The notes below the pieces were generated by a model. The model saw only the letters and a program-made list of their open reading frames with translations, did not search any database and was not told the origin of the DNA. Positions 36,693-47,448 of a stretch of DNA of 64,000 nt are shown in pieces; the stretch's first letter is position 1; each line of letters opens with the position of its first letter. The DNA is from an uncultured Chloroflexia bacterium (lineage in GTDB: Bacteria > Chloroflexota > Anaerolineae > JAAYZQ01), in assembly GCA_963700285.1 (NCBI GenBank), contig CAVOXA010000014.1, forward strand, positions 980,410-1,044,409, in the 5' to 3' direction. The translations under genes and the position numbers were made by a program.

Positions 36693-38867
36693 CTAGCGGC
36701 TTGCCTGACGGCCGAGTGCCGGCAGATAGACGCGCTCAATCGTGCTGCTGCAAACGACCTCGGTTGTGTCCGGCGCGCCATAGTCGCCGACGTTCCCCGC
36801 GTTGTCGCGGGCCCGTACACGAACGCTCAGCGTCTGGCTCTTGGGGCTAACGTAAAAGCCATAGAACTGGGGAGTCCTGTTCAGCCAGTCCATCCAGGCC
36901 CCACCGTTCGCGCTAACCTGAAGATCAAAAGAGGCAATCCCTGAACCATCACCATCATCTCCATCCCAATTCACAGGTACGAAACAACCGCTCTTGGCTG
37001 GAAGCGATGTGATCCGGGCAGTCGGTGGATTCGGGTCCTCGGGCAACCAGCCAATGCTGACCATCTTTTGGAAAAAGGTATTGGCCAGGATTTCCAGGCC
37101 CTTGGTGCCGGGGTGCAGTAGATCGACGTAAAAGTCCTCCCAGGGGCCATAGTTATAGTAGGCTTGCCACGGATCAGCGATGGGCACCTTCTCCTTCTGA
37201 GCCACTTTGGTGTACAGAAGTTGATTGGTGGCATTCACATCGCCATTCCACTTGTCCCGCCTTGGGATTATCGTGGCAATCATCACCCTGGTGCCAGGAA
37301 ACTCTTTGACGACCCGGACCAGTAACCGCACGGCATAAGCAGTCTCCGCTGGGGAATACTGCTCTCCCGAGAGGTCATTTGTCCCCTCCATGATCTCCAC
37401 GAACTCGGGATTGTGAGTCTGTATGCCCTCCCGGAGCCGGGCCTCAGCCGCCCGGGCCTTTTCTCCAGGCTTCCCGTGGTTGATCACTTCCGACTGGATG
37501 ACATTGTTGTCCAGGAGTGCTTCCAGAAAGACCGGATACGGTGTTACCGGCTGGCCATCGAGATCGTTATACTGCGCCCATGTAATGCTGTCGCCGTGGG
37601 CAAGATGCCGGTTGGGAACCGCTGTGCCGGGCTGGTCTGGCATAGTGGTCCACGGCAGGGCGACAGCCGAAAGTGGCACGCCAACCTCGTCCGTGTTCTG
37701 CCACCGCAAGGGGATCCCTGCGCCATCATTCAGTGCCAACCAGACCAGCCAGGACTCGTCACCAATCGCGAGCAAAGCAGGCGTCGCTGCCCCCCCCGTC
37801 TCCACCCAGGCCGGCAGTGCCCAGTTCTTCCCGTCCCAAGATGTCCGGGCAAAACCCGAGCTCTCTCCTGCAACAGCCCATGCCAGATGCAGTCTCCCCG
37901 TGGAGTCAAAGACCAGGTCAGGCCGTCGCTCTTCCAGGAACTGGTAGGGGGGCGAGGAAACGAGGGACTCGGAACTCCAGGAGGAACTGGAACGATCCCA
38001 GTGGCTGAGGTAGATCCGCCAACGGCCAATACCCTCTGTCTCAGCGCCCTGCCAGGCCACCCAGGGTTGGCCAGCAGCATCCAATACCACGGCCGGCCAG
38101 ACATCCGGGGTATCATCGGACGCACTGACACGCTGCTGGGGCGACCAGGCAGAGCCATCCCAGTAGCTTGAATGGATCTCGTCGTTGAGCGAACCCTCGT
38201 AGCTGGCCCAAACCAGCCAGGCTTTCCCCGTCGCATTCGTGGCCAGTCGTGGATGGGTATCATAAGCCTGGGGAGCCTGGTCGTCGCGCCCCACTTGCCA
38301 GGGATCGGACCAGTTCGCGCCGTCCCAGCGACTGGCATAAACCTCACTGTCCACGCCGTCCTGACCGATCCAGGCCAGCCAGAGCGTACCATCGGGTCCA
38401 GCGGCCAGGAATGGCTGGTCGCCACGGAGCGCTTTGGTCCCAGGCACCGTCACAGGCGGGGACCAACCGTCGCCGATCCAGCGGCTCACAACGATCTCAG
38501 ACTGCTCGATCCCCCTGCTCGCCGACCAGGCGACCCAGGGAACGGTCCCACCACTGGCGAAAGCCACGCTGGGCGAGTGCTCCACTACACCAGGGCTTGC
38601 GCTGAGGGCATGGGCCGGACGCCACGCGTCACCACTCCAGTGGCTGTAGTAGACATCAACATCGTGGCCATCAGCCACTTCCCATACGGCCCAGGGCTGG
38701 CCTTCGTGGTCCACAGCGGCACTCAAGCCCCTGTTCACACCTCCAGCCTGTCCCTTTGCCGGATAGGTAGCAGGGACCACCAAAAACGACAATACCAGTA
38801 CGGCCGAAACAACTGCGCCCAATCGATTCATCTTGAACCAGTTCATACTGCCACGCATCCCAAACAC
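36693..38867 (-). CDS. Secreted protein: beta-propeller-like W repeats, SGNH/GDSL hydrolase, FN3-like domain, C-terminal VYLPALGR
   Basis: GDSIT, G, EGTND, DLLHP SGNH blocks; repeated WxAW..S.W.G..WS; GTG start after AGGAGG. Confidence 0.8.
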   Translation of the reverse strand: MFGMRGSMNWFKMNRLGAVVSAVLVLSFLVVPATYPAKGQAGGVNRGLSAAVDHEGQPWAVWEVADGHDVDVYYSHWSGDAWRPAHALSASPGVVEHSPSVAFASGGTVPWVAWSASRGIEQSEIVVSRWIGDGWSPPVTVPGTKALRGDQPFLAAGPDGTLWLAWIGQDGVDSEVYASRWDGANWSDPWQVGRDDQAPQAYDTHPRLATNATGKAWLVWASYEGSLNDEIHSSYWDGSAWSPQQRVSASDDTPDVWPAVVLDAAGQPWVAWQGAETEGIGRWRIYLSHWDRSSSSWSSESLVSSPPYQFLEERRPDLVFDSTGRLHLAWAVAGESSGFARTSWDGKNWALPAWVETGGAATPALLAIGDESWLVWLALNDGAGIPLRWQNTDEVGVPLSAVALPWTTMPDQPGTAVPNRHLAHGDSITWAQYNDLDGQPVTPYPVFLEALLDNNVIQSEVINHGKPGEKARAAEARLREGIQTHNPEFVEIMEGTNDLSGEQYSPAETAYAVRLLVRVVKEFPGTRVMIATIIPRRDKWNGDVNATNQLLYTKVAQKEKVPIADPWQAYYNYGPWEDFYVDLLHPGTKGLEILANTFFQKMVSIGWLPEDPNPPTARITSLPAKSGCFVPVNWDGDDGDGSGIASFDLQVSANGGAWMDWLNRTPQFYGFYVSPKSQTLSVRVRARDNAGNVGDYGAPDTTEVVCSSTIERVYLPALGRQASR

Positions 38868-38931
38868 CCATTGCCTCCTGATATCCTGTGGCCAAAACCT
38901 CAACCTACTAGCCTGCGTCAGGCCTGCCATT

Positions 38932-40824
38932 CTATGGGGCAGAAACCTCTAGGGTCTCCAGCACAATACGATCCTCATCTACTATAGCAGAACCTTCCGC
39001 AACGGTCAACCGGCGACCTGTAGAATCATCGTACATGCCAATCATGAGCCGGAAGTCGCCTGCGGGTGCTGCAGGGTTGATCTCGAGCGAATGCTGGTCG
39101 ACGACAATCTCACCCGGCAACCAGTCACTGGTAGGCCAGGCGCCCAGTACCGGCTGGCCATCATGCTGGCCCCAGATCTGCTCATTCGCATCGGCCAGGT
39201 GAACGAACACCGAATAGTTGCTATCTATTGGCGCCAGGGCCTCCCAATACAGCGTTAGCGCCATCACATCTCCAGACCCGGCCGCCCGTTCCAACCTGTA
39301 TCCTTGCAGTCGAATAGCAGCGCCCAGGCGAGCCTCCACTGGCGTCATCTGCTGCAGCGCCACGCGCAAAGGCAGCCATGCCTGCAAGCGAAGGTTGCCC
39401 AGTTGCACGCTATCTTGCAGGTCAGCATGGCGGCCCAGCCACTGCCCCACTGCGCCCGTCTGGTCCCAAGCTTCAGAGGGATAGGGCAAAAACCAGAGCC
39501 GATCGTATTCGGCCGCTAGCCTTTCCAGGTCTTGTGCGGTTCGGTCCGGGCGGGTGTTGGCCTGTTCGGGCAACACAAACCGGGCCAGTCTCCCTGAATC
39601 ATAGTAGGCCAGGGCCGGGTCAGGGTAGTTCTGGATCAAAGCCTCCCCCGGCCCGGCATGGCTCTCCAGATAGGCCATCAACTGCCGCCAGCCAGCAGTT
39701 TTGGAATACTCTGGTACGGTATAGTAATTGCGCAGGGACAGGATGCTGCCCACCAAGCATACGACGGCCAAAAGCCCCAGGGCCACTTGCCCCCAACGCC
39801 GCTGCTTGCCCAGCCAGGCTGCGCCAACACCCAAGAACATGGTTAAGGGAGGGGTGGCAGCGATTACATAGCGCTCATTGAACACGGGCCGCCGGAGTGA
39901 GGCCAGCCATACCCCAGCCAGGGGAACGGTCAACCACAGGCCCAGGAGCAGTGCCGCCCTACCCTTTGTGCGCGCCGCCTGCCACACACCAACCGCTGCC
40001 AGCAGGCCAAAGGCCAGCAGATAAGGTACAGTTCTATCTTGATGGACGGTCTCACCGAGGCTAAAGGCGCGCAGGGAGCGCAGCAGCATGGCAGTCAGCG
40101 CCGGGGAGTCGCCGTTGCCCCGGTAGGTCAGGATCACGCGCCAGGCCAGCGCCAGCCACGGCAGGTAGAGCAACAATACCACCACCCCGGCGGCCACGAA
40201 ACCGATCAACCGCCGCTGATAGCGCCGCCAGAAGGCAAAGATAAAGGAGATCTGGGCCAGCACGATAAAGAAGGAATAGTAGTGCAGGTACAGGTGGGCG
40301 GCTGTCAGCAAGGCATAGGCCCCCCAGCGAGCCCAGCCACCCTTCTCCAGCGCGATCCAGAGGGCCAACATTGAGGCCACGGCCAGTGCGGTCGATATGG
40401 CATACATTCGCGTCTCTTGTGCATGCCACACTTGAAAGGGATTGACGGCCATGAACAGGCTGGCCCACAGCCCCGCCCTGCGGCCAAAGATCCGCCGCAC
40501 GAGCGCATAGACCATGACCACTGTCAGCACGCCGGCCACCGCCGAGGGGAAGCGCATTGCGAACTCGCTGTCACCCGCAACGGACATCCAGCCGTGTAGG
40601 AGGACATAGTCCAGGGGTGGATGGGGCTCAACGGTTCGCAGCGTCTCCGACACAATCTTCCGCAGAGGCTGCGCTGAGAATAGAACGCCAAAAGCTTCGT
40701 CGCCGCGCAGTTCCTGATATCCCAGGCGGTAGAGGCGCAGGCCAAAGGCCAAGCAGACAATCACTCCCAGCAAGAGAGCACGCTGTGACGCAGCCCTCTG
40801 CCGGAAGCCGGTCGGACTACCCAT
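38932..40824 (-). CDS. GT39/PMT-like GT-C glycosyltransferase
   Basis: LRLYRLG..ELRGDE, HPPLDY, RFPS, QETRMY, FNERY; C-terminal YSVFVHL domain. Confidence 0.88.
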   Translation of the reverse strand: MGSPTGFRQRAASQRALLLGVIVCLAFGLRLYRLGYQELRGDEAFGVLFSAQPLRKIVSETLRTVEPHPPLDYVLLHGWMSVAGDSEFAMRFPSAVAGVLTVVMVYALVRRIFGRRAGLWASLFMAVNPFQVWHAQETRMYAISTALAVASMLALWIALEKGGWARWGAYALLTAAHLYLHYYSFFIVLAQISFIFAFWRRYQRRLIGFVAAGVVVLLLYLPWLALAWRVILTYRGNGDSPALTAMLLRSLRAFSLGETVHQDRTVPYLLAFGLLAAVGVWQAARTKGRAALLLGLWLTVPLAGVWLASLRRPVFNERYVIAATPPLTMFLGVGAAWLGKQRRWGQVALGLLAVVCLVGSILSLRNYYTVPEYSKTAGWRQLMAYLESHAGPGEALIQNYPDPALAYYDSGRLARFVLPEQANTRPDRTAQDLERLAAEYDRLWFLPYPSEAWDQTGAVGQWLGRHADLQDSVQLGNLRLQAWLPLRVALQQMTPVEARLGAAIRLQGYRLERAAGSGDVMALTLYWEALAPIDSNYSVFVHLADANEQIWGQHDGQPVLGAWPTSDWLPGEIVVDQHSLEINPAAPAGDFRLMIGMYDDSTGRRLTVAEGSAIVDEDRIVLETLEVSAP

Positions 40825-43189
40825 TGTGTGGCTTTCGGATACAGGTGACCACACACCATAGGCCAAAGACCAAGCTCGCCAGCAAAGTAAGCACAGATAC
40901 CACCATGCCCAGCCTGACACTTGGCGGCCTGAATGACATCTCCACCCGGTGCTGGCCGGCCGGTACCTCCACGGCCCGCAGGATGGCATTGGCCAGCACC
41001 ATTGGCACCTGGCGACCATCCACGCTGGCTTGCCAACCTGGATAAGAGTTCTCGCTGAGGACGAGCAAACCATTGTTGGCCTGCTCCACCTCAACCGCCA
41101 GGCGTGAGGGGCTGAACGCCACTACCTTGACCTGAGGCGTCCCGGCCTGGGTACCAGCCAATGGCGATACCAGGGGCTCAGTGACCAGTGCCACGGCGTA
41201 GGGATCGAAATCGGGCTGGCCGAGGCGGTCCAGCACTTGATCCTCTCCGGGTAGGACCTCGGCCTGATAGACGGTCCAAGCCCGCGGATGTTCCCCGTCG
41301 AGCCGATGAACATAGTCCACCTCCCCTCTCCTCGCTGGCTCCTGGTAGACCAAGCTCGAGGGCGCATCAATGTCATCCAACCAGGTCACAACATAGCCCA
41401 CGTTGAGCAGCTCCCAGGCCCTTTCGAGGGGCAGCGTTTCAAACAGCCGCTCGTAACTGGCCAACCTCAGAGGGCTGGCCCCCCAGGTATCCTCGAGACC
41501 AAAGATAATTCCGTGGTTCCCCGGCAGTCTAAACTCATTGTGCACGCGGAACATCCCCGGCTGAGCCTGGAGTTCCCTGATCACACCCGTAGCCCGGACC
41601 TGGTTTTCGATCTTGCGCTCTTGGACGTTGACGTGCGAGTTCACGGTCACCAGGTCAAACAAGACAAGTGCCAGAGCGAGCGCCGTTCCCAGGAGCCAGG
41701 GTCCGCGCCTCCACCTCCAGACGAGCAGCCACAGCAAGCTGGCAGCCAGCAGGACAGCCACGTAGCGGCCCAGATCCAGCATGGAATCCATCACACCGAC
41801 GGAGCCGCCAAAATAGAGCAGGATGAGCAGGGCCGCGACGCCTAGCGCCAGGCCAACCACCAGCCTGAACAATGCGCGGGAATCCTGCCCCAGTTTCTGT
41901 AGGTCCTTCGCCCTGACGAGCAGAGCGGCAAAGCCATAGCCAGCCAACAAACTCAGGGAAAGGCTGAAAAGCAGAGCCGCCCGTTCCTGGCCGCGAAAGA
42001 GGCCGAACCCCGGCACATAGAGATAGAACAGGCTGTAGACAAAGCTATCGTCACCCACTGAGAGCAGAAATGCAACCCCAGCCACAATGGCCCAAAAAGC
42101 AATCTCAACCCGCCACCATTGGTGCTGTCTCCTTGTTTCGGATGGCACCTCGCCACGCAGCAGCAAATAGATCGCAAACAGGGACAACAACAGGGGGAAA
42201 ATGCCCATGTAGAGGGGTGACCAAAAACCCGTCGCGTGAGGCAGCAGTACTTGCACCAAGTCCAGATAGGCAAAACCACCCGACAGATCTTGATAGCCCA
42301 ACTCCGGGCGGCTGGACAACTGCATGTACTCCAGACTGGGGACCAACTGCGCTGCAGCCAGGCCCAAGCCTGACACCACAAACAGAGCAAAGCCACCGAG
42401 CACAAACCACCAGGAGGCAAATGCAGTGTCCGCGTATGCCAGAGCTGCCCTATCCTTGCGAACTCGCCAAACTTTGAATGCATAGTAAAGCGCAGACAGG
42501 TAGAGAACATACATCGCCGTTTGGGGATGCCCGGCCAAGATTGCCACGCCCAGGGTCAGCCCCGCCAAGAGCAGGTAGAGGATAGCCAGCCGCCTTTGGC
42601 CGCAGGCCCATAGGGGATGGCTCTGCCCCGGCGCTATGGCCAGGTCCAGAAAGAGCAGGATCAACGGCAGCCAGATGGCTGTCTCCAGGACCGCCAATTG
42701 AAGGATCGGATAAGATGTCAGGTAACCGCCAAAGGTAAAGGTGACGGCGGAAACCAGCGCGCCAGCACGATTCTGAAGCAGCCGCCTGGCAAAAAAGTAG
42801 GTGAAAACCCCCGCCAGGAAGAAATGGGCAATGGCTTCCAGCTCAAGAGCAAAAGCCGAGAAGCCCCAGACAAGGCTTGCCAGCATCGTCAGCAAACTAG
42901 GGGGATAAAAAACCGCGGACTGGATATCCGCCAGGAAGGGATGGCCGCTAAAAGTGTAAGGATTCCAAAGGGGGAGCTCGCCCCGTGAAAGCTGATCGTA
43001 CTCAAAGGCCGCGAAGGCATAGAACTGGTTGTAAAAATCACCCTGGCGGAGGGACCCTCGCTCCTCGGCATTGGGGGTGATGATACGCCAGAAGAAGAAC
43101 AGGCACAACCCCAACAACAGAGCCACTACTGCCAGATCACGGAGAAAGCCCTGGCGCCAGGAAACTCGCCCATGACCTTGTGTGCTCAT
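40817..43189 (-). CDS. YfhO-family membrane glycosyltransferase
   Basis: GELPLWNPY..G.PFLAD..FYPP, AGHPQ, LVLSENSYPGW.A.VDG, G.HRVEM.F.P. Confidence 0.88.
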   Translation of the reverse strand: MSTQGHGRVSWRQGFLRDLAVVALLLGLCLFFFWRIITPNAEERGSLRQGDFYNQFYAFAAFEYDQLSRGELPLWNPYTFSGHPFLADIQSAVFYPPSLLTMLASLVWGFSAFALELEAIAHFFLAGVFTYFFARRLLQNRAGALVSAVTFTFGGYLTSYPILQLAVLETAIWLPLILLFLDLAIAPGQSHPLWACGQRRLAILYLLLAGLTLGVAILAGHPQTAMYVLYLSALYYAFKVWRVRKDRAALAYADTAFASWWFVLGGFALFVVSGLGLAAAQLVPSLEYMQLSSRPELGYQDLSGGFAYLDLVQVLLPHATGFWSPLYMGIFPLLLSLFAIYLLLRGEVPSETRRQHQWWRVEIAFWAIVAGVAFLLSVGDDSFVYSLFYLYVPGFGLFRGQERAALLFSLSLSLLAGYGFAALLVRAKDLQKLGQDSRALFRLVVGLALGVAALLILLYFGGSVGVMDSMLDLGRYVAVLLAASLLWLLVWRWRRGPWLLGTALALALVLFDLVTVNSHVNVQERKIENQVRATGVIRELQAQPGMFRVHNEFRLPGNHGIIFGLEDTWGASPLRLASYERLFETLPLERAWELLNVGYVVTWLDDIDAPSSLVYQEPARRGEVDYVHRLDGEHPRAWTVYQAEVLPGEDQVLDRLGQPDFDPYAVALVTEPLVSPLAGTQAGTPQVKVVAFSPSRLAVEVEQANNGLLVLSENSYPGWQASVDGRQVPMVLANAILRAVEVPAGQHRVEMSFRPPSVRLGMVVSVLTLLASLVFGLWCVVTCIRKPHNG

Positions 43190-43324
43190 ACGCCCGTGCA
43201 TCCCATCCACCACGTTCGGGTAACATCCGCAACCCACCGCTGAACGGTGGAACCGGGGCAAATAGGAGTGCCCCCGTATCCCGCCCTCCGGGGCACAGCA
43301 GGGTCGCTGGTTTTATCCCCTGCC

Positions 43325-44854
43325 TCAGACTGCGCCGGCCGGCCCTCCCCCGGCAGTCGTCTCCAATTCACCCTCTGTCGTCGCTGCCAACTTGGGAGGA
43401 TCCTCGGTTGCCTGCTGGAAAAAGCCTATCCGCGTGCGCACCGAGTTGGCCCCTCGGGCAAGACGCTTGATATCAGCAAGACGGCGGATCTTGAGCGCCT
43501 CGCTAATCACAAAGCCGGGCCGGTAATAGTACTCGCGATAGGCCCGTATCCGGGCCTCCTCGACTTCTTTGGCAGTAAGCCACGGAGTCTCGATGAGGCA
43601 ATCCTCCGCGGTATAGTCGGCCCAATTATTGCTCGTCAGCCAGCCGTTTTCCTTGCACTCCTCGTACAGTGCCGTGCCAGGATGGGGGATGGCGACAGCG
43701 AATTGGGTACTCGAGGCATTGATCTCTTTGGCAAAATCGATGCTCTCCTGGATCGTCTCCTGGGTCTCGCCCGGCATACCAAACAAGAAAAAGGCCTGCG
43801 TCTTGATACCCACGTCTTTGGTCAGCTTGAAGGCGTGACGGATCTTGTCCAGGGTAATGCCCTTTTTCATCTTCTTGAGCATCTGTGGAGAGCCGGACTC
43901 GACGCCAAACAGGATATAGCCGCAGTTCGCCGCCTTCATCGCCTCAAGCATCTCGCGATCTACTGTGTCTACGCGACACTGAGCGATCCACTCCACCTCT
44001 TTCTCCAGTCCCCGTTCCAGGATCAGCCGGCAGATGTCCATGACGCGCTGGCGGTCGATGGTGAAAGTGTCGTCATCAAAATAGATCTCGTCATGGCCAT
44101 AGACGCGCACGGCTTCCTCGATCTCGTTTACGACGTTTTCGGCACTCCGGGCGCGGAACTTGTGCCCGTAGAGGATGTCAGGCCAGAGGCAGAAAGTACA
44201 GCGATATGGACAGCCCCGCGAACTCACCATGGCCGTGGGATGCCCACCGCTGTAGATGCCTGCCCGGTACCCATCGTCCTTGACAATATGCCTGGCAGGG
44301 AAAGGCATCGCATCCAGAGGCTCAAAGAGGGGCCGGTCTGGATTAGCGTGCACATCGCCGCCCGCATCGCGATAGGTGAGGCCGGCAACCCCAGCCAGGT
44401 CACCGCCTGCCTGCAGAGCTCGGGCCAGGTCGGCAGCAGTGTACTCGAACTCCCCCCGAAGGACAGCGTCTACAGCCAGGTTCTCGACCACTATCTCTTT
44501 GTCAAAGTAAGTAACATGTGAGCCCAGGAGCGCGACAAAAGTTCCAGGAGCAGCCTTTTTGATGGCCGCCGCCGTTTCCAGATCAAAAAAGATGGTGGGC
44601 GTGGACGTTTCGACGAGGGCCAACCGGGGGGCATGGTCGCGCACCCGCTGGGCAAATTCCTCTATGGAGAGTTCGTCCATGATGGCATCTACAAAGGCGA
44701 CGTCAAAGCCTGCTTCTTCGACCACAGCAGCGGTATAGGACAGATATATCGGATACTCTATATATTTGTCACTGCGTTTGTGCGGCCATCGCACGTCCGA
44801 TCGGGCGCCGTAGCCGGGGCCCGGCCAGGGCGGATTGGCAACCAGAACCTTCAT
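43325..44854 (-). CDS. B12-binding radical SAM protein
   Basis: SRGCPYRCTFC (CxxxCxxC), N-terminal cobalamin-binding fold (LGSHVT, RGEFE), FGVESG, FGMPGET. Confidence 0.92.
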   Translation of the reverse strand: MKVLVANPPWPGPGYGARSDVRWPHKRSDKYIEYPIYLSYTAAVVEEAGFDVAFVDAIMDELSIEEFAQRVRDHAPRLALVETSTPTIFFDLETAAAIKKAAPGTFVALLGSHVTYFDKEIVVENLAVDAVLRGEFEYTAADLARALQAGGDLAGVAGLTYRDAGGDVHANPDRPLFEPLDAMPFPARHIVKDDGYRAGIYSGGHPTAMVSSRGCPYRCTFCLWPDILYGHKFRARSAENVVNEIEEAVRVYGHDEIYFDDDTFTIDRQRVMDICRLILERGLEKEVEWIAQCRVDTVDREMLEAMKAANCGYILFGVESGSPQMLKKMKKGITLDKIRHAFKLTKDVGIKTQAFFLFGMPGETQETIQESIDFAKEINASSTQFAVAIPHPGTALYEECKENGWLTSNNWADYTAEDCLIETPWLTAKEVEEARIRAYREYYYRPGFVISEALKIRRLADIKRLARGANSVRTRIGFFQQATEDPPKLAATTEGELETTAGGGPAGAV

Positions 44855-44982
44855 ACAAATCCTCCAACCTGAGCGAAATGCACACCAAAGAACGCGCCTG
44901 ATCCCCCTGAGCGGGGCCGGGAGCCAGCTTTCTGACAGATGCTAAATAGACCATAACCACCGCGTCGCGCCCACAGCCCCTC

Positions 44983-45011
44983 ATTATACTGCACTTTCGC
45001 GTGTCTGACAA
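44983..45011 (-). promoter_or_regulatory. Sigma70-type promoter upstream of the radical SAM gene
   Basis: TTGTCA-N17-TATAAT on the minus strand. Confidence 0.65.
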
Positions 45012-45033
45012 CAGGCATGTGCAAAGTGGCTCA

Positions 45034-46235
45034 CTACGAAGAATGGGCGTATTCGGCACATAGGCGGGCGATCTCGCCCGTGAGCGTCTGCCACTCGAAT
45101 TCTTCCTTGACTCGCCGTTGGCCGAGGCGGCCCATCTCACGGCGGCGATCCTCATCGGACAGGAGAAAGTTGACCTTGGCGGCCAGATCGGCAGCGTCTG
45201 CCTGGCGTGTAGAACAGGCTGGCCGCCTCATCACCTACAACCTCCTGCAGGGCTGGCAGCCGCGGTAGAACGGCCGGGATACCGCAGGCCCAGTACTCAA
45301 ACTCTTTCAGCGTCACCCGGCCCCGTGCGGAAAGCACGTCGGGCAGGATAACAAGGCCCAGGTCGCTGGCCGAGATGTAGCGAGCAACCTCGTCTTGAGA
45401 AACCCAGCCAGAAAAGAAGAAACGGTCAGTTAATCCGGCTGATTCGGCCCGACGCACCAGGTCGGGTACGGCGGTACCGTCGCCCACCAGCCAAAACTGG
45501 GTCTTGGGATGCTCGGCGAGGATGGCCGGGGCGGCCTCTATCAGAAGCTCAGGGCCATCCTGGGGGTCGATCACGCCATGAAAGATCAGAACGTGATCAG
45601 GCATCCGGGGCATAGGCAGCACGCAGATCAACAGCCTCCTGAAAGTGGAACACCCGCGTATCTACACCGTCGTGGACAATAACTACCCGTTCGGGTCGGG
45701 CGCCATAGTCACGGACTAGGATGTCGCGCATAGCGCCGCTGATGGTGATGATCCGATCCGAGCGGCGCACACTGGTACGTTCCATCCATCGGCCACCAGC
45801 AGCGGCCAGCCTGAGCCAGCCACCCTGATAGTCGTCGAGGTACTCAAACAGCAGGTCGGTCAGGTCCAGAACGGTCACTGTACCTGGTCGCAGCAACTTG
45901 CCCAGCAGGGCGGCAAAGCCGGCGGCCGTATTGTGCGTCAGGATCACGTCGGGCCCCAGGCGCCAGGCGTAGGCCGCCACTCGCAAAATGTTGAACGGAT
46001 ACGTCACAGCGTATTTGCGCATCTTGGCCGGATCCATGCGACTGACGCCAGACAGCGATAGCACACCCGCCGCACCCAGCTCGCGCTTTGCCTCGGACTC
46101 GTCGACGCCAAAGGATGCGGCCACGTACACCTCGTGGCCCTGCTCGACCAGTGATCGGACAATACTGAAGGTACGAGGAGTGCCTCCACCGCTGATGGGT
46201 ACCAATTCCTCAAAGATGACGACGAGTGCTTTCAT
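45034..46235 (-). CDS. GT4 glycosyltransferase (two +1 frameshifts near 45600 and 45200)
   Basis: Pieces join as GGGT..HDGVD / VGDG..LKEFEYWACGIP / DAADLA..GQRRV..F.W; each break is a single extra base. Confidence 0.85.
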
Positions 46236-47415
46236 AGGCCCAACTCCTCGTAGACCTGCTCCATTTTGCGAACCTGAGCTTGCCAGCTATACTGCGCCAG
46301 AACCTTGGCCCGCGCCGCATCGCCCAGGCCCTGTGCCCAAGCGCCATCGGCCAGTAGGTGAAGCGTGGCATCCACAAACGATTCGTCTACCGCGTCTGTT
46401 AGCAGAATCTCCTCACCGTCGACAAAGTCCTGGCCCTCAGCGCCAATGCGGGTTGAAACCACCGGGCGGGCATTGGCCGCCGCTTCCAGGATCTTGAGCC
46501 GGGTACCTGACCCCGAGTCCAGGGGTACCAGGACCACGTCAGAAGCCGAGAGGTAGTCGCTCAAGTTGGGGTGCACGCTGGCTCTGGCGTCCACAAATCC
46601 AGTAAAGATCAATCGCTCGTCACCCGGTGCGGCTGCGGCACCAGCTCCCTGGCCAATGATGACAAACCTGGCATCGGGGTAGCACGCCCAAATCTCCGGC
46701 GCGATCTGGCCGGCGATATAGTCCACGGCGCGAACGTTGGGGATATAGTCCAGCTTGCCCACAAAGGTCAAGATCGGCACGTCAGGGCCTAGACCGAGCT
46801 TCTGGCGGGCGGCGGTGGCGCCCTCGGGCCGGTAGTCAAAAAGACTCCGGATCCACACCATGAGGAATGAGTGCAAATCTCTCCAGGGGCACGTTGTACA
46901 AGTCGATCATAAAATCCCGATCCACCTCAGACAGGGCCACAACCCGGTCGGCTGAGCGACAGGCCCAGCCCTCCAACCACCGTGACGACTTTGAGAAAGG
47001 GGCTGGTCAGACCAAATCGGACAAACTTCTGATACTCGACGTTCTCCTGCATCAGTACGACAGGTACGCCGGTTCGCCTGCGCAACCATAGCGCGGTCGG
47101 GGCGGTCCACAGCAGTTCTGCCTGGATCACGTCAGGCCGGAAATCTCGAGCAGCCTGCAAAGCGGCCCGGTAGTACAGCGGATTGAACATCAGACCCTTG
47201 TAGCCCAACTGGTCCAGGGGCGACTCGCGACAATAGCGAACGGCCAGATTGGGGCCCTGTAGATCCACATCACCACGCTGGGAGTATAGGTAACACAGCA
47301 AAGCCGAGACCTGGTTGGTCTCGGACAGTACCTGCAGACTATGATAGATGGCCGTGCTGCTGCCATGCACTGGCGGAAAGACGTCGCACGGCGAGAGAAC
47401 CAGTACTCTAGGCAT
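46232..47415 (-). CDS. GT4 glycosyltransferase (two +1 frameshifts near 46982 and 46847)
   Basis: Joined reading FPPVHG...RWLEGWACRSADRVVALSEVD..IPHGVD..YIPN..GSGTRLKILEA. Confidence 0.85.
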
Positions 47416-47448
47416 GATATCCTGAGGAGCCCTTGCTTCGCCAAGTCC

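Noticed and set aside
45034-47415. Programmed frameshifting or phase variation in the GT4 genes
   Set aside because: The breaks are not at long homopolymers or slippery heptamers and match the general error pattern
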